Both the position numbers and the translations under genes were made by a program. DNA of 64,000 nt from Eubacteriales bacterium. GTDB taxonomy: Bacteria > Bacillota > Clostridia > Oscillospirales > CAG-272. Of the stretch, positions 16,656 through 25,515 are shown one piece after another; position 1 is the stretch's first letter; each line of letters starts with the position of its first letter. The stretch covers positions 1,722 through 65,721 of the forward strand of contig JAZSBL010000042.1 of the NCBI GenBank assembly GCA_045602385.1, given 5' to 3'. The notes below the pieces were generated by a model that ran no database searches, was not told where the DNA came from, and was given only the letters and a program-made list of their open reading frames with translations.

Positions 16656-18512
16656 ATGAACGAAAAATTAAACGCCATATTAAAGCAAGTATCAAAGCCC
16701 GGACGCTATTCGGGCGGAGAGTATGGCCAGATAATAAAAGACAAATCAAAAATCAAGGCAAGATTTGCCTTTGCATTCCCCGACACCTACGAGATAGGCA
16801 TGTCAAACCTCGGTATAAGGATACTTTACGAGTCTCTTAACAGACAAGAGGATATTTGGTGTGAGAGAGTGTATGATCCTTGGGTGGACATGCAGGAAAA
16901 GATGAAGGAAAACAACATCCTTCTCTGGGCTCACGAAAGCAAGGACAACGTAAAGGACTTTGATTTCCTGGGCTTTACTCTTCAGTATGAAATGTCCTAT
17001 ACAAACGTATTGAACATGCTTGATCTCGCGGGCATGCCTTTGCGCTCCTCTGAGCGAGGTGAGGAATTCCCCATCGTGATCGGTGGTGGCCCTTGCGCGT
17101 ACAATCCCGAGCCTATTGCAGATTTCTTTGACATCTTCAATGTTGGAGAGGGTGAGAGCATGCTTGTAGAGGTAGTTCGTCTGTATATTCAGATGAAGGA
17201 CGAGGGCAGATACACCAAGGCTGCATTCCTCCATGAGGCGGCAAGGACTATCCCCGGTGTATACGTTCCCTCTCTCTACGACGTAGAATACAACGATGAC
17301 GGAACTATCAAGGCATACCTGCCGAAATATGACGATATTCCCACCAAGATAACAAAGCGTATCGTTGAGGATCTGGATAAATCCATTTTCCCCGACTATG
17401 CTATAATGCCCTACACCGAGGTCGTTCACGACAGGATTATGCTTGAGGTATTCCGCGGATGCATCAGGGGCTGCCGCTTCTGTCAGGCGGGTATCGTTTA
17501 CCGTCCCGTACGTGAAAAAACGCCCGACGTACTCAACGAGCAGGCAAAGTGCATTTTTGAAAATACCGGATACGAGGAGATCTCGCTTTCCTCACTCTCG
17601 ATAAGCGACTACACCGGACTTCCGGAGCTTACCGATAAGCTCCTTGAATGGACGAAGGACAACATGGTAAGCTTCTCGCTTCCCTCCCTTCGCGTTGACA
17701 GCTTTACAAAGGAGCTTATGGATAAGGTTGCGTCGGTTCGCTCTTCATCTCTTACGTTTGCACCCGAGGCAGGCTCACAAAGACTTCGCGACGTTATAAA
17801 TAAGAACGTGCGCGAGGACGATCTTATGCGCGCGGTGAACGTTGCATTCGACGCAGGCAAGACGCTTGTCAAGCTTTACTTTATGCAGGGTCTTCCTACC
17901 GAGACCGAGGAAGATCTGGCGGCTATCCCCGCGCTTGCAAAGAGCGTTATAGAGGCTTTCTACGCGAACCCGAACAGAAACCGTGCAAAGCAGCCTCAGG
18001 TGACATTCAGCGTATCCCCCTTTATTCCCAAGCCCTTTACTCCCTTCCAGTGGGAGCCTCAGGATACACTTGACGTAATAAAGCAGAAGCAGGAATTCAT
18101 AGGCAGCTGTGTCAACGACAGAAAGATAAAATATCAGCACCACGACGCAGAGACCTGCAGGATAGAGGCCGTGCTTGCAAGAGGTGACAGAAGACTCTGT
18201 CCCGCGCTTGAGCTTGCATGCCGAGAGGGCTTTAAATTTGACGCGTGGAGCGAGTTCTTCGATTACAACAAATGGATATCCGTATTCGAGAAAACCGGCG
18301 TAGATCCCGATTTTTACGCCAACAGAAGATACTCGTTTGACGAGGTTCTTCCCTGGGATATCATTGACTGTGGCGTTGACAAGAGCTTCCTTGTACGCGA
18401 GTGCAAGAATGCCTACGCATCACAAACTACACCCAACTGCCGCGAGAAATGCTCGGGCTGTGGAGCAAACAAGCTGGGAGGTGAAAGAACATGCTGTCCG
18501 AAAAGAAAATAA
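16656..18512 (+). CDS. TIGR03960-family B12-binding radical SAM protein
   Basis: FPDTYEIGMS, RGCIRGCRFC, FAPEAGSQRLR, C-terminal CxxxCxxC. Confidence 0.9.
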   Translation: MNEKLNAILKQVSKPGRYSGGEYGQIIKDKSKIKARFAFAFPDTYEIGMSNLGIRILYESLNRQEDIWCERVYDPWVDMQEKMKENNILLWAHESKDNVKDFDFLGFTLQYEMSYTNVLNMLDLAGMPLRSSERGEEFPIVIGGGPCAYNPEPIADFFDIFNVGEGESMLVEVVRLYIQMKDEGRYTKAAFLHEAARTIPGVYVPSLYDVEYNDDGTIKAYLPKYDDIPTKITKRIVEDLDKSIFPDYAIMPYTEVVHDRIMLEVFRGCIRGCRFCQAGIVYRPVREKTPDVLNEQAKCIFENTGYEEISLSSLSISDYTGLPELTDKLLEWTKDNMVSFSLPSLRVDSFTKELMDKVASVRSSSLTFAPEAGSQRLRDVINKNVREDDLMRAVNVAFDAGKTLVKLYFMQGLPTETEEDLAAIPALAKSVIEAFYANPNRNRAKQPQVTFSVSPFIPKPFTPFQWEPQDTLDVIKQKQEFIGSCVNDRKIKYQHHDAETCRIEAVLARGDRRLCPALELACREGFKFDAWSEFFDYNKWISVFEKTGVDPDFYANRRYSFDEVLPWDIIDCGVDKSFLVRECKNAYASQTTPNCREKCSGCGANKLGGERTCCPKRK

Positions 18513-19219
18513 CTCCCGGAGAAAAGAAGCTTGCGCTCCCTTTGCTTGAAAATCCGATAACTGTCAGGATCAAATTCTGTAAAACGGGAAATCTTCAGTT
18601 CGTGTCGCACCTTGATCTGCAGAGGACCTTCCACCGCGTGCTTGTTCGAGCAAACATCCCTATGTGGTACACAAAGGGATTCAATCCCCACGCCAAGCTT
18701 GTTTTCGGTCTTCCCTTGTCGGTTGGCACCGAGAGCATGTGCGAGATGGCTGACCTCAGGATAGAGCGCAAAATTGAGCTTAAAGACATAGTCAAGCAGC
18801 TCAACGAGCAGCTCACAGATGAGATGTACGTTCTTGACGCTTACTATCCAACAACTAAATTTGCCGATATAGCGTATGCAGAATATACCATCACCTTAAA
18901 GTCGGAGCATATCACTCCCGATACGGCACTTAAGGCGACAAGCCTTTTCGCGCTTCCGATAATGATGACCAAAAAATCAAAATCGGGCGAAAAAGAGGTG
19001 GATATTACAAGCTATATTAAAAAAATTCAGTTTGACTCATGTGACGGTCAGCTTGTAGCAAAGGCTATCCTTTCTGCCGGAAGCCAGGAAAATCTTAATC
19101 CCGAATATATCGTGTCGGCTCTCCGCGGCTGTGAAGCTCTTAAGACAGAGCTTGAGGATATGACCTACACGATCATGAGAAATAAGGTCTATGACGGCTT
19201 TATGGTTGAGTTTAAGTAA
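18491..19219 (+). CDS. TIGR03936-family radical SAM-linked protein (DUF2344)
   Basis: FVSHLDL.R, YTKGFNPH, LPLSVG. Confidence 0.88.
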   Translation: MLSEKKITPGEKKLALPLLENPITVRIKFCKTGNLQFVSHLDLQRTFHRVLVRANIPMWYTKGFNPHAKLVFGLPLSVGTESMCEMADLRIERKIELKDIVKQLNEQLTDEMYVLDAYYPTTKFADIAYAEYTITLKSEHITPDTALKATSLFALPIMMTKKSKSGEKEVDITSYIKKIQFDSCDGQLVAKAILSAGSQENLNPEYIVSALRGCEALKTELEDMTYTIMRNKVYDGFMVEFK

Positions 19220-19258
19220 ATTATACGGCACTATCCGTTAAAATGGAGGAAAGAAAAA

Positions 19259-19681
19259 ATGGCAATTAAAATGAGAGTTCTCTGCTATCCCGAGAACAAC
19301 AAAAAGCTTCACACTATTGCAGAGATAATCAAGGCTGAGTATAATCTTAACGTAAACTCGGTGGATAGAATTCCCCCTGCATACTCTTGCGACAAGGAAA
19401 GACTTGTTATCCTTGCTACTCAGATCAAGGGTAATCTTCCAGACAGCTACCGCTTGTTTGTTCGCGAGCTTACGAAGGCAAGAGCTGCAAACGTTGCGAT
19501 CATCGCCGCAGGTGACGAGCCTTGCGTTGAGAGAACAAAGGAGCTTCTGCGCGAGGCAGGCACAAACGTTATCGATGACGTACATAACGTAAAGATCGGT
19601 TTGTTTAACACAAAGGTTACAGACGAGGAAAAGGCTGCTGTTCTTGATTGGGTTAAGGAGTGCGTTGAAAAGCTTGCTTAA
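19259..19681 (+). CDS. Flavodoxin-like fold protein
   Basis: 140-aa alpha/beta pattern resembling flavodoxin with a degenerate phosphate loop. Confidence 0.5.
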   Translation: MAIKMRVLCYPENNKKLHTIAEIIKAEYNLNVNSVDRIPPAYSCDKERLVILATQIKGNLPDSYRLFVRELTKARAANVAIIAAGDEPCVERTKELLREAGTNVIDDVHNVKIGLFNTKVTDEEKAAVLDWVKECVEKLA

Positions 19682-19693
19682 AACAATATAAGC

Positions 19694-19733
19694 AAAAATA
19701 AAGGAGACTGAAATTCAGTCTCCTTTATTTTTT
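19694..19733. terminator. Bidirectional terminator
   Basis: AAAAATAAAGGAGACTG/CAGTCTCCTTTATTTTT. Confidence 0.85.
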
Positions 19734-20598
19734 ATTCAACTGTTATCAGCTCGTAATCCTTGGAGCCAAAGCCAAGCTTTTCTGCGGCATCTATTGTCAG
19801 AGTGCCGTTTCTGCTCTCTATACGCTCAATAAGGTGAGCCTTATTTTTGTCGTCACAGCCGTACACGAGATCAACACACGCCTTATCTATCGCAATCGGA
19901 TCAAGCGAGGCGAGAATGCCTATATCGGCGATATACGGGTCCTCTGCCTTTGCGCAACAGTCGCAATCTACCGACATGTTCATCATGACGTTAACATATG
20001 CGATCTTGCCGTCAAAATAATCAACAACAGACTTTGCCGCATCCGCCATAGATTCAAGAAATGAATCGTGGTCAGAATTCCAGAAATTCTCGGTATCACC
20101 GACACCGTGTATATACTTCTTACCGTATGAGGATGCAACACCGATCGACAACTGCTTTATCGCTCCGCCAAAGCCGCCCATTGGATGCCCTTTGAAGTGC
20201 GAAAGCACGAGCATTGAGTCATAGTTAACTAAGTTTTTTCCAACATAGTTTTTCTTTATCTGTTTGCCCTCCGGAATAGCAAGCTCCAGATCCGGGCCCT
20301 CTGCGTCAAGCAGATCGACCTTGAAGCTCTCGCTCCAGCCGTGATCGCGCAGAGTCTGAAGATGTATCTTGGTTTCGTGTCTTGCGCCCTGATATGCCGT
20401 GTTGCACTCCACCACTGTGCCGCCCACGTGCTCAATGATCGGCTTCCACATATCGGGCTTTAGAAAGTTCTGATTTCCCTTTTCGCCGGAATGTACCTTT
20501 ATAGCTACGTTCCCTCCCAGACTGCATCCGAGAAGCTTATACAGCTTAAGCACATTATCCGGAGTGATCTCTCGTGTAAAATATACCTTTGAGCTCAT
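19732..20598 (-). CDS. DUF362 domain protein
   Basis: AIKVHSGE, ECNTAY, SHFKGH..GGFGGAIK, DCDC, ASLDPIAID. Confidence 0.85.
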   Translation of the reverse strand: MSSKVYFTREITPDNVLKLYKLLGCSLGGNVAIKVHSGEKGNQNFLKPDMWKPIIEHVGGTVVECNTAYQGARHETKIHLQTLRDHGWSESFKVDLLDAEGPDLELAIPEGKQIKKNYVGKNLVNYDSMLVLSHFKGHPMGGFGGAIKQLSIGVASSYGKKYIHGVGDTENFWNSDHDSFLESMADAAKSVVDYFDGKIAYVNVMMNMSVDCDCCAKAEDPYIADIGILASLDPIAIDKACVDLVYGCDDKNKAHLIERIESRNGTLTIDAAEKLGFGSKDYELITVE

Positions 20599-20614
20599 TT
20601 TTATCTCCTTTAGG

Positions 20615-21196
20615 TCACATTACCTTTGGTGATACGAATGTAGTCTGATCCTTGCTATATGCCTCGAGGTTTTCCATGATAAGAGCAACCACCTCGTCAG
20701 GAGTCTTTGACGTTGTATCAATAACTATATTAAAATTGTTGTAGTCGTAATAGTCTACTCCGTAAATATCAACGAAGCGATCTCTCTCAACGCGGCTTCT
20801 TTCCACAAGCTTTGCGCAAGCCTCGTCAACAGTCTCATAATGCTCCTCACATCCGCGCTGATTCTTCATGACACGCTTTGCAGCCTCCATAGGCTCAATT
20901 GTCAAGAATATCTTAAATGTATTCTTGGCAAAATGCCACGCCATTCTGGAGTCAAATATAAGCTTGTCATCCTTGCGCTCCTCTGAAAGCTTGGTAACTG
21001 TTCCGTCGATCTCGTGGTCAAGCGAGGGATCGTCGTTAAGTCTCTTATTAAGCTCCAGGGTGGTTATTCCAAGTCTGCGCGCGTACTCGCGATTTATTGT
21101 TCCGGTGCTGAATATCTCGTATCCGTATCTCTCTTTCATTATATTGCATACGGTCGTTTTTCCGCTTCCGAGTCTTCCTGTGATAGATATAAGCAT
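20615..21196 (-). CDS. Cytidylate kinase-like protein (archaeal-type CMP kinase family)
   Basis: ISITGRLGSGKTT, FSTG, DSRMAW, YGVDY, IDT. Confidence 0.8.
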   Translation of the reverse strand: MLISITGRLGSGKTTVCNIMKERYGYEIFSTGTINREYARRLGITTLELNKRLNDDPSLDHEIDGTVTKLSEERKDDKLIFDSRMAWHFAKNTFKIFLTIEPMEAAKRVMKNQRGCEEHYETVDEACAKLVERSRVERDRFVDIYGVDYYDYNNFNIVIDTTSKTPDEVVALIMENLEAYSKDQTTFVSPKVM

Positions 21197-21285
21197 TTGC
21201 CCCTCCGATTTTTTTAATAAAACTAACCGACTTTTCCACTATACATTTGAATGTATTATGAGAGAAAAGTCGGTTATCGTTTAAA

Positions 21286-21882
21286 TTATTCCTCTGATGA
21301 TTTAATCAGCATTACGGTAAACTGAGCTCCGTCAACAAGGAATGCATCCTTAAGCGAACCGTCACCAAGTCCCTTCTTGATCTGATCTGCGCTGAGGTTT
21401 ATTGCCGCATCGTCCTTAAGAGCAAAGCATCCTGCGATCTCCTCAGCAGTAAGTGCTTCAGGGGCGACCTTCTTGTCCTCATTACCGTTGCGCTTTTCCT
21501 TGAGCTCATCGGTCAACTGTCCTGATACGTTGGAGACAAATCCCCAATAGTCACCGTTCTTCTTGTCAGCCTTCATACCGCCTATCTGGGTGATAGAGTT
21601 TTCCTTATCAACCTTACATACCCAATCGGCCTCGACGGAAAGATATGCCTGGACGACGTTCAAAATAGTGGGCTCTGCGTGTCCCTTATATGTATAATCT
21701 ATGGCCTCCACCTGGGTCTTTCCTGTGGCATCTTTGATTTGGAAAGAAACCGTTACCGTATACATGTCTCTTTCGGGAATAGCTATGTCGGCATTCCCCG
21801 AACCACTGCTATCACATGAAAAGAATACACAAGCGATCATTGAAAGAACCAATACCAATGACACGAGCCTAATTATTTTCAT
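21286..21882 (-). CDS. Lipoprotein, unknown function
   Basis: Signal peptide with FFSC lipobox; GGAGG RBS. Confidence 0.65.
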   Translation of the reverse strand: MKIIRLVSLVLVLSMIACVFFSCDSSGSGNADIAIPERDMYTVTVSFQIKDATGKTQVEAIDYTYKGHAEPTILNVVQAYLSVEADWVCKVDKENSITQIGGMKADKKNGDYWGFVSNVSGQLTDELKEKRNGNEDKKVAPEALTAEEIAGCFALKDDAAINLSADQIKKGLGDGSLKDAFLVDGAQFTVMLIKSSEE

Positions 21883-21979
21883 TTTATATTCCTCCATAGG
21901 TTACAAATAACTACGGTAATTATACAATATTATAAGGAATTTGTCAAGTGTATTCTCTACAAACAATTAAATTATTTTA

Positions 21980-22486
21980 TTAAATTCCCCACCAAAGTGA
22001 TAGATTGACAAACATTATATAAAACAACCATATCGTATTTACGTACATTACCAATGATGATCGAGGAGGACTGACTCTGCTCCACTCAATTGCGCAGCAC
22101 AATGAGCATATCAATGCAAGGATGGCAATTACGAGTGATAAAAATAATTTTTGCGCAAAAAACAGCACAGGAAACCATATCAAAAACATAAAAAAGGCAA
22201 AGGACAGATACAACGCGCCTCGGTAGGAGCTGATCTCAAAAGCCCCTTTATTATGCCCGCTTAGGACACAATCAATTATCCACCCCGCGCTCATCCCCAT
22301 CAATGTGCAAGAAATTACTGAAAGCAAATTAAAAACCCAAAGCGGTGGCAGGCAGTTAGTACTTTCCGTTATGTGAAGCATATTCATTGGATTTCCAAGC
22401 ACCGTGCGGGAAACAAAACATGCTACGCCCGCAACGCCCCCGTATATTATGGCGCGTGGGCTTAATATTTGATAAGATCTTTTCAT
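21980..22486 (-). CDS. TspO/MBR-like tryptophan-rich membrane protein
   Basis: PPLWVF, W.PVLFF, five TM helices. Confidence 0.65.
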   Translation of the reverse strand: MKRSYQILSPRAIIYGGVAGVACFVSRTVLGNPMNMLHITESTNCLPPLWVFNLLSVISCTLMGMSAGWIIDCVLSGHNKGAFEISSYRGALYLSFAFFMFLIWFPVLFFAQKLFLSLVIAILALICSLCCAIEWSRVSPPRSSLVMYVNTIWLFYIMFVNLSLWWGI

Positions 22487-22557
22487 AATAAAAACTCCAT
22501 AAGCTGTGTCAATATATAATTAACACAGTTTATGAAGCTACCTGTTTTTTTATTACG

Positions 22558-24603
22558 CTAATCCGGCTTATCGGCTTTAAACCATCCCAACTCAAGCTCC
22601 TCACTTTCGTCAAATTCCGTGGGTGGAGCTCCGGTATTCCTGTTATACGAGAGCTCAGCCACCCCATTTGAAATTTTGAATTTTTGAGTCTTAAAATAGT
22701 CTGTATCTTCGTATATTTTACTCATAACATCGTCCCATATACATATAGAGTAATTACCTCTGTAACAGCTTACGCTCCTTGGCATTTCGTATCCTTGCCA
22801 CACGCCCGCCAGAAGCTCCGGAGTGTAACCTATAAAGTATTTATCATGTGAGTTTTGACTGGTGCCCGTTTTGCCTGCAACCTCCACACTCTCCGCAAGC
22901 GTTACATATCCGCGGGCTGTTCCGTTATTCACGACCTGTTGCATGAGCTTTGTCATGATATTTGCGCTCGCCTGAGATATGACCTCGTTTCCCGAATAGG
23001 AATTATCAAGGATAACTTTGCCGTTTTTATCTGTTACCTTATAATAGGTGCGCGATTTGCTCATCATTCCGTTGTGAAATATTGAATATGCTGCCGTCAG
23101 CTCCCGCAGGGTTATTCCCTTTGACGGTTGCCCCAGAGCAAGCGAGGCGTCTCCACTATCCATATCTCTATCCAATGAGCCGATCAGAAGCTTGTCTGTC
23201 AGAAAGTCAAAGGCCTCTTCATTTCCAAGCATTTTTAACACCTTTACGGCAACGGTATTTAGAGAGTTTGCCACGGCATATCTTAAGTTGACATTACCAA
23301 GATACATCTTATTGGCGTTTGACGGCCACCCTGTATTGGTTCTTTCATCAACTCTGACGGGTGAATCCTCTATCACCGTTGCCCAATTTACAAGATCTCG
23401 GTCTATTGCGGGGGCATAGACCGACAAGGGCTTTATTGCCGACCCCGGAGGCCTTCTTGTATCGGTCGCATAGCTTTGTATCCTGTCCCCCCTTTTTTCC
23501 CCGACTCCGCCTGCGACTCCGAGAACGTCACCGCTGTACGGGTCAATTATTATCATTGACGACTGCGGAATTTCGCCGTTATCGTCCGACGGGAAATTGC
23601 CTAAGTTTGCAAAATACTCCTCCAAGATACTCTGAATTTCAATGTCCATTGCGGTGTATATCTTATATCCGCCCTTATATAGAAGTACAGACGCGGTTTC
23701 GGGAGAAATATTGTATTTTCTTGAGAAATCATTAACGACATCCTTGATCACGGCGTCCACGTACCACGAGTTATACCTTCTTGAAGATTTATCGGACAAG
23801 TTGAGCTTTATATCGCTTCTTATAGCGAGCTCGTATTCCCTTTGGCTTATATACCCCTCTTCAAGCATGCATAAAAGCACTGTATTCCTTCTTCCTTTAT
23901 TTGCCGCCGGATGAGTGACGGGATCGTATTTTGAGGGGTTATTGGTAATAGCGGCAAGACAGGCACATTCACAAAGGTCAAGCTCCTCTACATCCTTTGA
24001 AAAATAATATTTTGCCGCCGCGCCAACGCCTCGGCACCCTTGAGAAAGGTTGATTATATTCAAATACATTTCAAGTATCTCGCTTTTTTCATAGCTTTTT
24101 TCAAGCGCCATGGCACTAAATGCCTCGGTGAGCTTTCGTTCCACAAGCACGGCGTCATTACCTGTAATATTTTTTACAAGCTGCTGCGTTATGCTTGATC
24201 CCCCGAATGTCTTCGCGCCACCCAAAACGTAATTTATCACCGCGCCGATGCTTCGCCTATAATCTATTCCGGAATGATTATAAAAGCGTTTATCCTCTAT
24301 CGCCACAAAAGCGGAAATAAGATTTTGGGGCATTTTTGAATAATTGACATATTCGTATTTTGTCCCTGAGCCGATAGATGCATCCTTTATCTCCCGTGCT
24401 AAACCTGTTTCGTATAATCTGTCCTCATAGTCAAAATAATAAAACCGTGTTTCATCATAGGATCTTACCGCCTCCATAAGCTCCCCACTTACCTGTGAAT
24501 CCGAATATTTATATAGCACTGCGGCGCCGCACATAATACCGATCGACGCCACAAAGCAAACAATTATTGCCGTCACAAAAATTAATCTGACAAATTTTCT
24601 CAT
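22558..24603 (-). CDS. Class A penicillin-binding protein (PBP1A family)
   Basis: Transglycosylase EDKRF..H.G, GGSSITQQLVKN; transpeptidase SAIK, SLN, KTG. Confidence 0.92.
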   Translation of the reverse strand: MRKFVRLIFVTAIIVCFVASIGIMCGAAVLYKYSDSQVSGELMEAVRSYDETRFYYFDYEDRLYETGLAREIKDASIGSGTKYEYVNYSKMPQNLISAFVAIEDKRFYNHSGIDYRRSIGAVINYVLGGAKTFGGSSITQQLVKNITGNDAVLVERKLTEAFSAMALEKSYEKSEILEMYLNIINLSQGCRGVGAAAKYYFSKDVEELDLCECACLAAITNNPSKYDPVTHPAANKGRRNTVLLCMLEEGYISQREYELAIRSDIKLNLSDKSSRRYNSWYVDAVIKDVVNDFSRKYNISPETASVLLYKGGYKIYTAMDIEIQSILEEYFANLGNFPSDDNGEIPQSSMIIIDPYSGDVLGVAGGVGEKRGDRIQSYATDTRRPPGSAIKPLSVYAPAIDRDLVNWATVIEDSPVRVDERTNTGWPSNANKMYLGNVNLRYAVANSLNTVAVKVLKMLGNEEAFDFLTDKLLIGSLDRDMDSGDASLALGQPSKGITLRELTAAYSIFHNGMMSKSRTYYKVTDKNGKVILDNSYSGNEVISQASANIMTKLMQQVVNNGTARGYVTLAESVEVAGKTGTSQNSHDKYFIGYTPELLAGVWQGYEMPRSVSCYRGNYSICIWDDVMSKIYEDTDYFKTQKFKISNGVAELSYNRNTGAPPTEFDESEELELGWFKADKPD

Positions 24604-24683
24604 AGCCCCTCCGGTTTAAATGTTTTCTTTTATTTTCTCACGGCGGCTATCTTATATTAATGTAAATTCTTGCTTTAAATACA

Positions 24684-24712
24684 AATTCGCACCGCTTTCT
24701 GCGGTGCGAATT
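24684..24712 (-). terminator. Terminator-like hairpin after the metallophosphoesterase gene
   Basis: AATTCGCACCGC/GCGGTGCGAATT stem. Confidence 0.6.
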
Positions 24713-24716
24713 ATCG

Positions 24717-25505
24717 TTATTCTATGTTCTGCGGAGCGACGGTTATTTGAAGAACCTCGCATGGATTGAAAAATCTTGGAATAAAGCGGCAATTGTTTAC
24801 TGCGCCGCGGTTTATTATGAACCTACCGTCATACATTCCTGAGGTGTATTTTGGAAAAAGTCCTTGGTGGGGTGAGTATATTCCCCGACCGAATATTCTC
24901 CACTGACCGCCGTGCGCATGTCCCGCGATCATCAGATCAAACGTAGTGTTCTTCAGATATTTCTCATAATAATGAGGGTAATGACACAACAGTATTTTAA
25001 ATCCGCCCTCTCTGTCGTATCTATTCAAAAATCCGACGTCCGGCTCACTTATATTTAGCGCGGGGTTCATATCTCGGCCGCATACAAGACCGCCGACAAG
25101 CACATTATCATCAGTAAGGGTTATTTTTTCGTAGGAATCATTAATAAGATTGATCCCCAGATTCTTCACCTGTCTGAAGGTTTCCTTCTCCATCTCCTTA
25201 TTCGGTACTCTGTCGACTTCCTTGGGCGTGTGAGAATAATATATCTCATGATTGCCAAAGCAGTAATAGATCGGGGCTATAGGTGCTATTCTTTGAATAA
25301 AACGCATAGCGTTTTCGTTTCTCTTTTTCATATAGTCGTTTGAAACCTCTATAATATCTCCCGCAAGCAAAATTATATCGGGGGAGATTTTAACGAGGGC
25401 ATCCACCACGGCATCACTCTTTCTGCCATGAACGTCAGAAACGCAAGCTATTTTCAGAGAACTATTTACTTTAGGGGTATTGATTTGATATTGTGTTATT
25501 TTCAT
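24717..25505 (-). CDS. Calcineurin-like metallophosphoesterase
   Basis: SDVH, AGD, GNHE, H, GHAHGGQ. Confidence 0.88.
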   Translation of the reverse strand: MKITQYQINTPKVNSSLKIACVSDVHGRKSDAVVDALVKISPDIILLAGDIIEVSNDYMKKRNENAMRFIQRIAPIAPIYYCFGNHEIYYSHTPKEVDRVPNKEMEKETFRQVKNLGINLINDSYEKITLTDDNVLVGGLVCGRDMNPALNISEPDVGFLNRYDREGGFKILLCHYPHYYEKYLKNTTFDLMIAGHAHGGQWRIFGRGIYSPHQGLFPKYTSGMYDGRFIINRGAVNNCRFIPRFFNPCEVLQITVAPQNIE

Positions 25506-25515
25506 CAAAAGACTC

